A DNA stretch of 64,000 nt from Candidatus Poseidoniaceae archaeon. Its GTDB lineage: Archaea; Thermoplasmatota; Poseidoniia; Poseidoniales; Poseidoniaceae. Of this stretch, positions 34,539 to 43,579 are shown one piece after another. The DNA lies in NCBI GenBank assembly GCA_964218365.1, contig CAXPMI010000037.1, forward strand, positions 3,164 through 67,163. The letters run 5' to 3'. Position 1 is the first letter of the stretch. Every line of letters starts with the position of its first letter. A program made the position numbers and the translations under genes. The notes under the pieces are model-generated. The model was not told where the DNA came from, made no database searches, and worked only from the letters and a program-made list of their open reading frames with translations.

Positions 34539-34679
34539 GTCAAAACTCTCCAGAGAAGCAACTTGCCGACCTACCCCCCCTATTTCATGGTGCCGATTGA
34601 ATTAGTTTGGTAGAATGATGCACTCATCCCCGAATCTTTAGTGCCAATGTTCATGTCTTAAACCCTACAGCATGGACCA

Positions 34680-35945
34680 ATGGCATTCCGAGATTTACTA
34701 GGTGCAGCCACGGTTATTGAAGAGCCAACCAGTATACTGCACGGTGTTTTTGATAAGTCTAAATCCTTGGGTCATGAGCTTTTGCTTTTCGAAAATTTGC
34801 AGGAAGCTCCAGGACACAGAATCGCAGTTAATTTGTTGACCAGACCAAGACTGTGCGCAGCATTATCAATCGAGCCGGAGGATTTTATCGACCTACTTGG
34901 GTGGGCCATGGAAAATCCATCTGCGCCAAAAATAGTTGATACAGGACCTGTAATGGAGAATCCTCAAGATAATCCGAAATTGACACAATTACCGATACCT
35001 CATCACTGGAGAGAGGACCGTGGTAGATACATGTCCTCGAGCGTCATAATTGCAGAATATGGAGGAATCAGAAACATGTCATTTCATAGACAATTCCTTC
35101 GAGATGACAACCACTTAGTAGCCAGGATTGTGCCTCGACATCTCTACTCTATGACCGGCGATGCAAGAGCGGCTGGCGAGGAGGTGAATGTTGCAATCAT
35201 TAATGCTCCAGACCCCGTAGTCTTGTTAGCAGCAGCTATGTCCTTCGACACAAATATCGACGAGTTGACGATTGCTTCAGCTCTTCATGAAAAGGTGTAT
35301 GGTAAACCACTAGAATTGGTCACCCTTCCAAACGGGCTTCAAGTCCCTGCTAGTGCAGAGTATGCTATGTGGGGTAGAATCACTACTCAAAATGATGATG
35401 AGGGGCCGTATGTGGACATAACAGGGACAGTCGATGATATTCGCCAGGAACCAGTGATTGAAATAGACGGAATTACTCACAGAACAAATCCAATTTTCCA
35501 CGCTTTGATACCTGCAGAAGCAGAGCACAAAACTCTCATGGGTCTCCCTAGAGCTCCGACCATAAAATCAGCCGTAAGCGAAGTTTGTGAATGTCTTGAT
35601 GTCCACATGACAGAGGGTGGAGGAGGATGGCTTGCTGCGGTTGTAAAAATCAGAGTCCAAAACGAAGGAGACGGTAAAAGGGCAATTCAAGCAGCATTAG
35701 ATGGACATCGTTCAATGAAGATGGTGACAATTGTCGATGAAGATATCGACATCACTGATCCGGTAAGAGTTGAATGGGCAATGATGACTCGTTGGCAGCC
35801 AGACTCAGACTCAATCATACTTTCGAACCAAAAAGGTTCGAGTCTTGACCCATCAAGACTGAACGATGGTAATACTGCAAAGATTGGCATTGATGCAACC
35901 ATTCCATGGGGTTATGACAGGTCAGGTTTCATGTCTGTTCAGTGA
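34680..35945 (+). CDS. UbiD-family (prenyl-FMN-dependent) decarboxylase; candidate anhydromevalonate-phosphate decarboxylase
   Basis: 421 aa with a UbiD-like layout: 'RNMSFHRQ', 'VARIVPRHL', 'DITGTVDD' and 'GGGGWLAAVVKI'. The short length fits the archaeal UbiD-like subgroup. The specific substrate is inference. Confidence 0.75.
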   Translation: MAFRDLLGAATVIEEPTSILHGVFDKSKSLGHELLLFENLQEAPGHRIAVNLLTRPRLCAALSIEPEDFIDLLGWAMENPSAPKIVDTGPVMENPQDNPKLTQLPIPHHWREDRGRYMSSSVIIAEYGGIRNMSFHRQFLRDDNHLVARIVPRHLYSMTGDARAAGEEVNVAIINAPDPVVLLAAAMSFDTNIDELTIASALHEKVYGKPLELVTLPNGLQVPASAEYAMWGRITTQNDDEGPYVDITGTVDDIRQEPVIEIDGITHRTNPIFHALIPAEAEHKTLMGLPRAPTIKSAVSEVCECLDVHMTEGGGGWLAAVVKIRVQNEGDGKRAIQAALDGHRSMKMVTIVDEDIDITDPVRVEWAMMTRWQPDSDSIILSNQKGSSLDPSRLNDGNTAKIGIDATIPWGYDRSGFMSVQ

Positions 35946-35954
35946 GATGGTTGC

Positions 35955-36926
35955 ATGGATAGTGCCTCGAAACTTCAGCATCCAAGAAGAAATTTGGGTA
36001 GCAGGCATCGAGCACAGGCAGACAGATTTGTAAAATTGTCAAAAAAAGATTCTGAAAGAGCCGCTGAAAATTTAGCTTGGGCTGAACAAAATGCTCAGCA
36101 GGCTGTCTTGTACGATTTTACTGACGAGCGAAATTGGAGATGTCTTGCGGAAATAAAGAAAATGCGAATGGATGCCGAAGGACTTGCCTTAGTTTTGGAG
36201 GATTTATTCATTGTATTGGGAAGAGACCCAAACCAGTTGTCACAAATTCGTGGCGTCAACCATCTTGAAGTTGGATTGGAGCTACTTGAGGCAGCATTCA
36301 TTACCGATTCACTGGATCCTCATGCATGGTTTGAAAGGTTAGATGAAAAAGGATTAGGAGACTTTGTAATAAGATGTAGAAGCTTAGACTTTACAGACCA
36401 AAGGGCCAATATTGTCTACGGCAGAAGGCTCGAAAGAATTCGTGGAGCTGGGCATGAAGAGATGTTCATTGAGTTAGTCCATCATTTGTTAGCGCACAGG
36501 CCCGCTAATCACGAGTTATGGATGGAATTAGGGAGATTACATGAAAGGAGAAATGAAATCGACCAAGCTTGGTTGTGTTATGACCATGTGCAGCAAATTC
36601 GTCCGACTGAACTTGTAAGGGACATATTCCTTGAAAGACTGAAGCGTGCAATGGATGGTGAAGACTCGGTTCCTTGGAGCGGTCCATCATTACAAACTCG
36701 TTCCGATTTCCTAGATAGGATGCAAAACCTTTCTCAAAACGTTTCCAATGTACCAATAGAAGAATCATCAGAAACCGAGGAGGTTGTTAACACTGAACTA
36801 ACTAGATTGGAGAACTTGTTACAAGCAGGCGAGGCCGCTGAAGCATTTTTCCTTGCGAGGTCGCTTTATACATCTGGAGAAGAGTGGGCTCAAGAATGGA
36901 TGGAAAGAGCCCAATCAATGCTCTAG
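35955..36926 (+). CDS. Hypothetical helical-repeat (TPR-like) protein
   Basis: A 323-aa all-helical-looking sequence (for example 'ELWMELGRLHERRNEIDQAWLCYDHVQQIRP'). I recognise no family. Confidence 0.5.
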   Translation: MDSASKLQHPRRNLGSRHRAQADRFVKLSKKDSERAAENLAWAEQNAQQAVLYDFTDERNWRCLAEIKKMRMDAEGLALVLEDLFIVLGRDPNQLSQIRGVNHLEVGLELLEAAFITDSLDPHAWFERLDEKGLGDFVIRCRSLDFTDQRANIVYGRRLERIRGAGHEEMFIELVHHLLAHRPANHELWMELGRLHERRNEIDQAWLCYDHVQQIRPTELVRDIFLERLKRAMDGEDSVPWSGPSLQTRSDFLDRMQNLSQNVSNVPIEESSETEEVVNTELTRLENLLQAGEAAEAFFLARSLYTSGEEWAQEWMERAQSML

Positions 36927-37960
36927 ATATTCTTTAGAGTCATAATCTCAGTGACCCTGTCTGTCCAAATTTTAGCTTGCTCATCTTTGCTAATTGATGC
37001 ACATAGTGCTGCAAGAAGGGCGTCTTCAACTTGGTTTGGCGAGGATAGCAAACCAGAAAATAAATCTGTTTTCTCAAGTCTCTTCGCTAGCATAACAAGT
37101 GTTCGTAAATCAGGTCTTTCTTCTCCTGAATAACCAGGAGTTGTGTTTTCTGAACACCATTCTAGAACCCCAAAAACATCGGTTGGATGAACCTGCAATA
37201 ACGGTGCTTCCTGTCCAGCAGACAACGGCTTTGCCTCCATAACTTGATCTGCAAACTTTTCTGCTTCTTCACTGATAAAGCCTGACGAGATCTCAACAAA
37301 AATAGCTCCTGCTTCAACAGCTAAATCAGTTTGCTTTGCGATTATTGCATGCGCATGTGAGTTGAATGCGCATCTCGCAGCATCGAACATGTGTCCGAAT
37401 GCAAGGTGTATTCTTGCCGCCTGAATTCTGGATATTGCGATTGTTTCATTTGCATGACCGGCAGTTCGAGAAATTTCTCCATGGACGTGCAACGCCATCA
37501 TTGGCTCATCGATTGTAATATGGAATGCAGCTTTATTCAACAGAGAAATGTCATGGTCTCTACTCGCTTTCGCTACTGACTTTAGCCTAGTTTCTGCCCA
37601 AGTCAAATCGTCTCTTGCATCTTCGGTTTGACCATTTTCAAAATGTACAAGGCCTCTTTCCATACGTAATCTACCCTCGAGGGCTAGGTCCCTTGTTTTG
37701 GGATTCCTAGCCACTACAAGAGCCTCTTCTATAGAATCTAAAGTCAACTCTCCGGAGAGTCTTTTTTTGACTAAATCTAGAACTTTGCTCTCAGCAGCAG
37801 TCAACTTTTCTTCAAGAAAATCAACGATTGGGCTTTGCATGACCAATCCCAATTCAGCAACGCCAAGCCAACTTTTCCAACCCATCTTTTCTAGCATTGG
37901 TTCTAGATTTCTTTCTCCGTTATCGAAGGCATGGATTATCTCTTCAGGATTCATTTTCAA
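36923..37960 (-). CDS. Hypothetical helical protein, last gene of the exosome-superoperon string
   Basis: A 345-aa ORF whose start overlaps the DHH gene stop by 17 nt on the same strand. It is helical-repeat-like and I recognise no family. Confidence 0.5.
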   Translation of the reverse strand: MKMNPEEIIHAFDNGERNLEPMLEKMGWKSWLGVAELGLVMQSPIVDFLEEKLTAAESKVLDLVKKRLSGELTLDSIEEALVVARNPKTRDLALEGRLRMERGLVHFENGQTEDARDDLTWAETRLKSVAKASRDHDISLLNKAAFHITIDEPMMALHVHGEISRTAGHANETIAISRIQAARIHLAFGHMFDAARCAFNSHAHAIIAKQTDLAVEAGAIFVEISSGFISEEAEKFADQVMEAKPLSAGQEAPLLQVHPTDVFGVLEWCSENTTPGYSGEERPDLRTLVMLAKRLEKTDLFSGLLSSPNQVEDALLAALCASISKDEQAKIWTDRVTEIMTLKNI

Positions 37961-38927
37961 CCCTCTTTTGATTTGCTAACAAATTGATAAATGCGGATTC
38001 AGCGGCTATTCGGTCACTTTTTCCAGACCAACCAGCAGCTCCGTCATGACCCCCGCCTTCTCCACCGAGTTTTGATGTCAATGATTTCATCATTTCACCC
38101 AGATGAATTCCATTTTTTGTCGAAGCCCTAGTCGCCCTTGCTGTTAAACGAGTTTCACCGTCTCTGTAACGTGATACAAGTGCAATCTCTGCACCTGCTT
38201 GAGTAAGTAATCCTGCGACCTTTCCTTCGTGGATTCCTGCGTATGTATGAACAAGATTCCATTTGCCACATTCAGTTGATTGACAGCGTGAAAGAGCCTT
38301 CAGGATCGCACCTCTTTCGCTTGGGTTAATGTCCTCAGTTTGAATGTTTTCTACGAATTCTTGGTATTCGAAACTTGCACCATCCATTAGTTCACTAGCA
38401 CATTTCAAAGCATCCCTGTCTGCATGCTTAAATCTCCCTGTGTCAGTTATTAGTCCTGCAAGTAAGAGCTTACGTACTTCATCTGTAAGTGCCTTCGGAT
38501 TCTGTGTTTTAAGGTAATCAAAGACTATCTGTGTAGTTGCTCTTGCATTGTTTCTGAACTCTAGGTCTTCTTCTCCAAAGGTCCATTCACAAGTATCGTG
38601 ATGATCGATTACGCAAATAGGAATCCCCTCTGGTAACGATATCCCTGTTTGCATTTCGGAGGCAGCATCTACAACAATGATTCCACCTAACTTTGTTGGC
38701 CAAGTTGGGGCTTTCGATAGTTTACGAAATGGAGCATTTAACTCTGTACACAAGCGATTTGCTAACTTTCCAAGATGCAAACCACATGCCATCAAGTTAG
38801 GGTGGGAAGAGGCCAATGCAATAGCGGAACCTATAGTGTCCATGTCTCCGTTTCTACCAGTTACTACTGGAACAGCACCTCTAGTGGTGGCATCATTAAT
38901 CCAAGATGCTAGGTCTTCCAAAATCAT
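37944..38927 (-). CDS. DHH/DHHA1 phosphoesterase (NrnA-like nanoRNase / pAp phosphatase type)
   Basis: Motifs 'GDMDTIGSAIAL', 'VDAAS', 'VIDHHD' and the DHHA1 'GGGHDGAAG'. At 327 aa it is shorter than GAN/RecJ-type archaeal proteins. Confidence 0.8.
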   Translation of the reverse strand: MILEDLASWINDATTRGAVPVVTGRNGDMDTIGSAIALASSHPNLMACGLHLGKLANRLCTELNAPFRKLSKAPTWPTKLGGIIVVDAASEMQTGISLPEGIPICVIDHHDTCEWTFGEEDLEFRNNARATTQIVFDYLKTQNPKALTDEVRKLLLAGLITDTGRFKHADRDALKCASELMDGASFEYQEFVENIQTEDINPSERGAILKALSRCQSTECGKWNLVHTYAGIHEGKVAGLLTQAGAEIALVSRYRDGETRLTARATRASTKNGIHLGEMMKSLTSKLGGEGGGHDGAAGWSGKSDRIAAESAFINLLANQKRVENES

Positions 38928-39232
38928 CCCTCTAGTGACTGCTTCAACTTGTCATATGTTGCCACCAATTCAGCTTCTCGCTTACCCATGGTTTCAACGG
39001 CAGATCTCATTTGTTCAAGAGTCATCTCAAGGTCAGATAGCAACTGTGTCCTATCTTCAACTTCAATCAGTATACTACCCATCTGTCTGTGGAGAGCCAT
39101 ATCCTCAGGTTGTTGTTTTACGGCAGCGATAGTCCCTTCCAATTCACGAACTTGTGCATTAAGTGAAGCAACTTGTTGGCGAGCGGCTTGTACTTCTGCA
39201 ACTACCATTTGCAACTGTTGGGCTGACTCCAT
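38924..39232 (-). CDS. pfdB: Prefoldin beta subunit
   Basis: A 102-aa coiled-coil / beta-hairpin / coiled-coil pattern ('...VKQQPEDMALHRQMGSILIEVEDRTQ...'). Its position matches the conserved archaeal superoperon. Confidence 0.75.
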   Translation of the reverse strand: MESAQQLQMVVAEVQAARQQVASLNAQVRELEGTIAAVKQQPEDMALHRQMGSILIEVEDRTQLLSDLEMTLEQMRSAVETMGKREAELVATYDKLKQSLEG

Positions 39233-39256
39233 ATTATCATCTCAAAAGGCCGGGGT

Positions 39257-39472
39257 TCAAGAATCCATCACTTTGATGACCTTGGCAGAGATTACTAACG
39301 AACGCAATCGTGTGTTCCACATTGCTCTTGCGTCTTTGGCTCTGCTTTCGTTTAGAGTGAAGGAGAAACTTTCGTCATAGATTTCAAGATTTTCTTCACT
39401 GACCAAACTAGAGGCAAGAGATTTTGCATTAGGCGAATCCACCTGCAGGCGGACAGACCACAATGTGATCAC
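39257..39472 (-). CDS. pcc1: KEOPS subunit Pcc1-like protein
   Basis: A 71-aa protein with 'AKDARAMWNTRLRSLVISAKVI', resembling the Pcc1/CTAG motif (A-x-D-x-x-x-L/W-R-x-x-x-N). It lies between rpl37ae and pfdB, as in other archaea. Confidence 0.5.
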   Translation of the reverse strand: MITLWSVRLQVDSPNAKSLASSLVSEENLEIYDESFSFTLNESRAKDARAMWNTRLRSLVISAKVIKVMDS

Positions 39473-39828
39473 TCCTCTTCTTCTAGTTCACCAGCGTTAA
39501 GTGCACGCTCGTATTCAATTGCTGCTTGTTGAGCAATGTATGCCATGTCTGCAGTGGTTGCACCATCTGCATTTCGGCGAATGATTCTGTTGTTTGCGTC
39601 TGATGCACGGGTGTATGGTTCCCAAGCGCCGCCGGCAAATGTGTGCCCGCACTTGCCACAGGACCAGATTCCTACGGACTTACGAGTTACCTTTCGGTAT
39701 TGACATACCGGGCAAGTATAACTTGCATTTTTCTTCTTCATGGCCATGCCAGCATTTCTTCTAACGCTGACACCATATCTTGCACCAAATCGACCTGTTG
39801 CTCCGGCCTTTTGTGTTCGCTTTGCCAT
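39469..39828 (-). CDS. rpl37ae: 50S ribosomal protein L37Ae (eL43) with about 40-aa C-terminal extension
   Basis: 'GRFGARYGVSVRR' plus the zinc ribbon 'CPVCQ...CGKCGHTFAGGAWEP'. The extra C-terminal tail ends in 'GELEEEE'. Confidence 0.9.
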   Translation of the reverse strand: MAKRTQKAGATGRFGARYGVSVRRNAGMAMKKKNASYTCPVCQYRKVTRKSVGIWSCGKCGHTFAGGAWEPYTRASDANNRIIRRNADGATTADMAYIAQQAAIEYERALNAGELEEEE

Positions 39829-39830
39829 GT

Positions 39831-40613
39831 TTATTCCTCCTTGGAGTTGACAAGTTCTGCAAGTTCTGCGCAGCGTTCCTGTGCGACCTGTAGTATCTCG
39901 TCGAATTCGGCCGGAGTGAAAGTTCCCTTTAACCCCTTCTGAAGTGAATGCAGGTGCCCTTCGTCTCCCAATGTGATGTGAATCCTTTCATCTCCACCCA
40001 ATTCTTCCTCTTCATTAGCGTCAAGAACATATCTTCCACCGACTCTTGTAAAAGAGCACATTGTGGGTGTCATCGATACTGCTAGAGGATAGTCTTCACC
40101 GATATCGAATCTTTCTGCAGGAACTATTGCAGTTCTGAGAGCAGCGATTGCACCTAAAGCACAAGCGTCGAAGATATTTCCTTTGTCAGAAAGTACGTGG
40201 ATATCGATCATTATACCCAGTACTTTCTCACCAGGGATGATACACAGTGAATCCATATCAATACATCCAGATTCACGAATTCCTCTGTCAACGACTCTTC
40301 CAAGTTCAATAGATTCCGGAGATGGTGGTCCAGGCTCATACTTTCTTCCAGCTACCGGTCTCAATTCTGCCCCGCACATCAACGAACCTTGCGTTGGTCG
40401 GTCTGGCCATGGTGTTCTAATTTCGAACTTTACACCTGCGTAAATTACTGTGTCACCCCAAGTTACCTTGGCACTGCCTTCTGCGTTGTATAGGCAATTG
40501 GTTTCAAGAGTAATCTCTCTAGACTCCCAACGGCCTCTTCCGTCGATTCTCTCGTCTTTGGCAGCTAGAGCTTCTAACTCTTGTCTTAACAAATTAGGTA
40601 CTAGTTCAACCAT
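39831..40613 (-). CDS. rrp42: Exosome complex subunit Rrp42 (RNase PH-like, inactive)
   Basis: RNase PH fold ('RIDGRGRWESREITLETN', 'AEGSAKVTWGDT'). Its start overlaps the rrp41 stop by 1 nt. Confidence 0.85.
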   Translation of the reverse strand: MVELVPNLLRQELEALAAKDERIDGRGRWESREITLETNCLYNAEGSAKVTWGDTVIYAGVKFEIRTPWPDRPTQGSLMCGAELRPVAGRKYEPGPPSPESIELGRVVDRGIRESGCIDMDSLCIIPGEKVLGIMIDIHVLSDKGNIFDACALGAIAALRTAIVPAERFDIGEDYPLAVSMTPTMCSFTRVGGRYVLDANEEEELGGDERIHITLGDEGHLHSLQKGLKGTFTPAEFDEILQVAQERCAELAELVNSKEE

Positions 40614-41350
40614 CAGGCCTCACCTCCATTTTTCTCCATGTATCTGCGCTTGAGTGCGTCTACCATTAACTCATGAATTTCCTTAGCAGCCTTCATGTTG
40701 TATTCAACACATGTATTGTATTCTTCAACAGATAAATCTCCATCCATTTGCAAGAATGCAATTTCTCCAGTTGTTGGTAGAATCCCCATAGGAAGGTCTG
40801 CTTGTCCATAGTTGTCTTCTGCTTTGTCGAGGTCGAGAACCACGGTGTCCTCAATTTTCCCACTTGCTACTCCAACAATCAAGTCTCTCATTGGGATTCC
40901 TGCATCCGCTAATGCTACAGCAGCTGCAGTTATTCCTACACAACGAGTTCCTGCTTCAGCAGCGAGGATTTCGATTTCGACACGAATTTTTGAGCGAGGG
41001 AATCTCTCGACAAGAACTACGCTTTCAAGTGCTTCAGCAGTTACTTTGCTAATTTCTCTGGAACGGCGGTTGAAACCTGGTCGAATTCTGTCGCTAGTAG
41101 AGAATGGCGCCATGTTGTATCTAACGTCGATAACGGCTCTGTCCTGTCTCTGTATTTTACGTGGGTGTGCTTCCATAGGACCGTAAACGGCACAGACTGC
41201 TACATTGAGTCCGTGCTGGACCCAAGCAGAGCCATCTGCAGCAGGAAGTATCCCAGCCTCAACTTTGACTTCTCTCATTTCGTCTACCTTGCGACCGTCT
41301 AATCGCAATCCATCTTCTCGTAGTAATTGTACATCTCCATATCCACCCAT
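40613..41350 (-). CDS. rrp41: Exosome complex exonuclease Rrp41 (RNase PH)
   Basis: 'REDGLRLDGRKVDEMREVKVEAGIL', 'ADGSAWVQHG' and 'DMAPFST...R...GFNRRSREISK' are typical of Rrp41. Its start overlaps the rrp4 stop by 1 nt (TGATG). Confidence 0.9.
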   Translation of the reverse strand: MGGYGDVQLLREDGLRLDGRKVDEMREVKVEAGILPAADGSAWVQHGLNVAVCAVYGPMEAHPRKIQRQDRAVIDVRYNMAPFSTSDRIRPGFNRRSREISKVTAEALESVVLVERFPRSKIRVEIEILAAEAGTRCVGITAAAVALADAGIPMRDLIVGVASGKIEDTVVLDLDKAEDNYGQADLPMGILPTTGEIAFLQMDGDLSVEEYNTCVEYNMKAAKEIHELMVDALKRRYMEKNGGEA

Positions 41351-42036
41351 CAGGCATTCCTCCTTTCTTGTATTAGTGAACCGAGTGATTCACTGAATGT
41401 GGCCTTATGGCCATCGTTGCGCACTAGTTCTAACACAATGCGCATGAATGAGATTCCATCAGAATCCCCATCGATCCAAACTCTGCCGTTTTCAGCGACA
41501 ATAATTCTGCAGTCGCTAACTTCTTTGAGGTCTCTCAATGTAGAATCGTTATCTCCTCTCAATCTTGAAATGTGATTCATTGAAATTTCAGACATGATGC
41601 CCTCTTTCAATCTTCGAAGTCCTACTCCTTTCATCGTGAGTACAATGTTGTGTGCTTCATCGACTTCTTGGACTCTGGCAAGCATTATATCTCCAATGTC
41701 CATGTGTTGTCTTGCAGCACCAAATTCTACTTTCCATGGAGCAAGTGACATTGGTAATAATCCATTGAAAGGTCCATTTACATCAGCGAACCATAGGTTG
41801 TTTCGAACACTTTCAACGATTCCAATAACTAAATCCCCAGACCTAGGCATATATGCCGATGAAATTGGGTCTACAGATGTGACTCCGTTGTTTTCTTTTA
41901 CCCAACCGACTTTGGTTGCAATAATGTTGTCTCCCATGATTAGGGTACCTGTTCCTGCTCGCACTCCTGATGAAGCCCCGATGGCCTCTCCAGGAGTCAC
42001 GAGGCGCAGCTCGGCGCCTTCTTTTGCTCCTGACAT
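41350..42036 (-). CDS. rrp4: Exosome RNA-binding subunit Rrp4 (S1 + KH)
   Basis: 'LVTPGEAIG' at the N-terminus, an S1-like segment 'GDLVIGIVESVRNNLWFADV', and a KH-like C-terminus. The start is set at the Met at 42036, preceded by GGAGA with a 7-nt spacer; the ORF track starts at 42072. Confidence 0.8.
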   Translation of the reverse strand: MSGAKEGAELRLVTPGEAIGASSGVRAGTGTLIMGDNIIATKVGWVKENNGVTSVDPISSAYMPRSGDLVIGIVESVRNNLWFADVNGPFNGLLPMSLAPWKVEFGAARQHMDIGDIMLARVQEVDEAHNIVLTMKGVGLRRLKEGIMSEISMNHISRLRGDNDSTLRDLKEVSDCRIIVAENGRVWIDGDSDGISFMRIVLELVRNDGHKATFSESLGSLIQERRNA

Positions 42037-42098
42037 CTCTTTGTCTCCGTGCTGGGCGACCCGACATCCCATGATAAAACAGACGCTTTCAACAGAAA

Positions 42099-42797
42099 TT
42101 ACAATTCCTTTACTTCGGCGTTATTATCAGCGCCCTTGACTTTTCCGATTATGTTCCCTGCCATACCCGGAGGACACTGGATAATACATGCCCAATCTCC
42201 GTTTGATAGCCATTCTTCTTTGTCCAAATATGATCGTAAAAATTTACTGGTTTGCCCATACGCTGAGCCGGAAATTCTGAAGGCAATTCTGACCGGTTCA
42301 AATGACAATGGGATAAGTGGTTTCAGAATATTGATTGCATCTTTAACTTGAAGTTCTAGTCGTTTGAACGGATCGACTGAAAATCGACTTTCTTCTAGAG
42401 CAAGTTCAATTCTAGTTTTAGGGTGGGGCGTTTTTGCTTTCGGGTCGATAGCTGTTGAGTGTATTTCTTGAATAATCAATTGTCGCTTTTGTTCAACCAT
42501 CTGCTTCCGTTGGTTTGTGGTAAGTTGAATCGAGCCTTTTTCCAATATTATCTTGGCAATATCTCCGATTTCTTGAGTTCCGAATGTGGACTCAATTGCA
42601 TCTTCAGTCGGACGGTCACCACCCTTTGCATCATGCCAAACTTCGTCAGTTGCGAGGAAATCATCGATGTTAACCTGAGCAGGGTCATTTCGGAAAGATT
42701 CCACTAAATCTGGGTCGACTAGTATCTCGTAGCGCTTCCCGCCGTATTCATACCTTGCCAAGACGGCTTCGTCTAGGCTAACCATGAATCTGTTCAC
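42099..42797 (-). CDS. sdo1: SBDS/Sdo1-family ribosome maturation protein
   Basis: 'VLARYEYGGKRYEILVDPDLV' is the family N-terminal signature. It has a 4-nt overlap with the psmA stop. Confidence 0.85.
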   Translation of the reverse strand: MNRFMVSLDEAVLARYEYGGKRYEILVDPDLVESFRNDPAQVNIDDFLATDEVWHDAKGGDRPTEDAIESTFGTQEIGDIAKIILEKGSIQLTTNQRKQMVEQKRQLIIQEIHSTAIDPKAKTPHPKTRIELALEESRFSVDPFKRLELQVKDAINILKPLIPLSFEPVRIAFRISGSAYGQTSKFLRSYLDKEEWLSNGDWACIIQCPPGMAGNIIGKVKGADNNAEVKEL

Positions 42798-43516
42798 TCC
42801 TCAAGTGGTTTTAGACGGTCGATTTGCTTGTTGACTTCGGCTCTGTCTAATACTCTATATCCATCAGCATCGATTACTGAGACTTCAACAGCATCACGGT
42901 TCAACTCTTGGTCGTTAGCGTTTCTCAATGCTTCAAGTCCGAGTTTCATTGCTGCGTTAAGAGTCAGGTTGTCTTTCCAATTCTTTTCGAAGTAATCGAT
43001 GACAGTGTTCCTTCCGCTACCTATTGCTCCTGCGTGATATGATTGGTATGCTCCAGATGGGTCGGTTTCAAACAGATGGATCCCGTTTTCATCTACGCCT
43101 CCGATTAGAAGTGCTGTACCGAATGGTCTGCTGCCACCATATTGGGTAAATGATTGCTTGAAGTCACAAATTTTCTTTGTTAGTATGTCTACTGGCACTG
43201 AAGCCGCATATGTGATGCGGTTTATTTGCGCTTCAACTCTTGCTCTGGCTACTAGCTGTCTTGCGTCTGCGACAAGTCCGCTTGTAGCTATACCCACGTG
43301 GCCATCAATCTTGAACATTTTTTCAATAGACTCAGGGATAATTAATCGGCTTGCAATTCTTTTGTCACAGACTAGAACTACGCCATCTCTAAACTTGAGG
43401 CCTGCGGTCGTAGTACCTCTTTTTACGCTCTCTCTAGCATATTCAACTTGAAACAATCTTCCGTCTGGACTGAATGTTGTAATTCCGTGGTCGTATCCTC
43501 TTCCGCTCGGCTGCAA
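42794..43516 (-). CDS. psmA: Proteasome alpha subunit
   Basis: 'YDHGITTFSPDGRLFQVEYARESVKRGTT' and the rest match archaeal PsmA. The start is assigned to an in-frame TTG at 43516, preceded by GAGGTGG (43522-43528) with a 5-nt spacer. This gives 'MQPSGRGYDHG', the same N-terminal length as Thermoplasma PsmA as I recall it. ATG at 43570 and the ORF-track start at 43711 are less likely. Confidence 0.9.
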   Translation of the reverse strand: MQPSGRGYDHGITTFSPDGRLFQVEYARESVKRGTTTAGLKFRDGVVLVCDKRIASRLIIPESIEKMFKIDGHVGIATSGLVADARQLVARARVEAQINRITYAASVPVDILTKKICDFKQSFTQYGGSRPFGTALLIGGVDENGIHLFETDPSGAYQSYHAGAIGSGRNTVIDYFEKNWKDNLTLNAAMKLGLEALRNANDQELNRDAVEVSVIDADGYRVLDRAEVNKQIDRLKPLEE

Positions 43517-43579
43517 AGTGCCCACCTCATGTGGCTGTCCGGGTCGGGGTCTTATCAACCTTGGCGGCATGGGAGTAAT

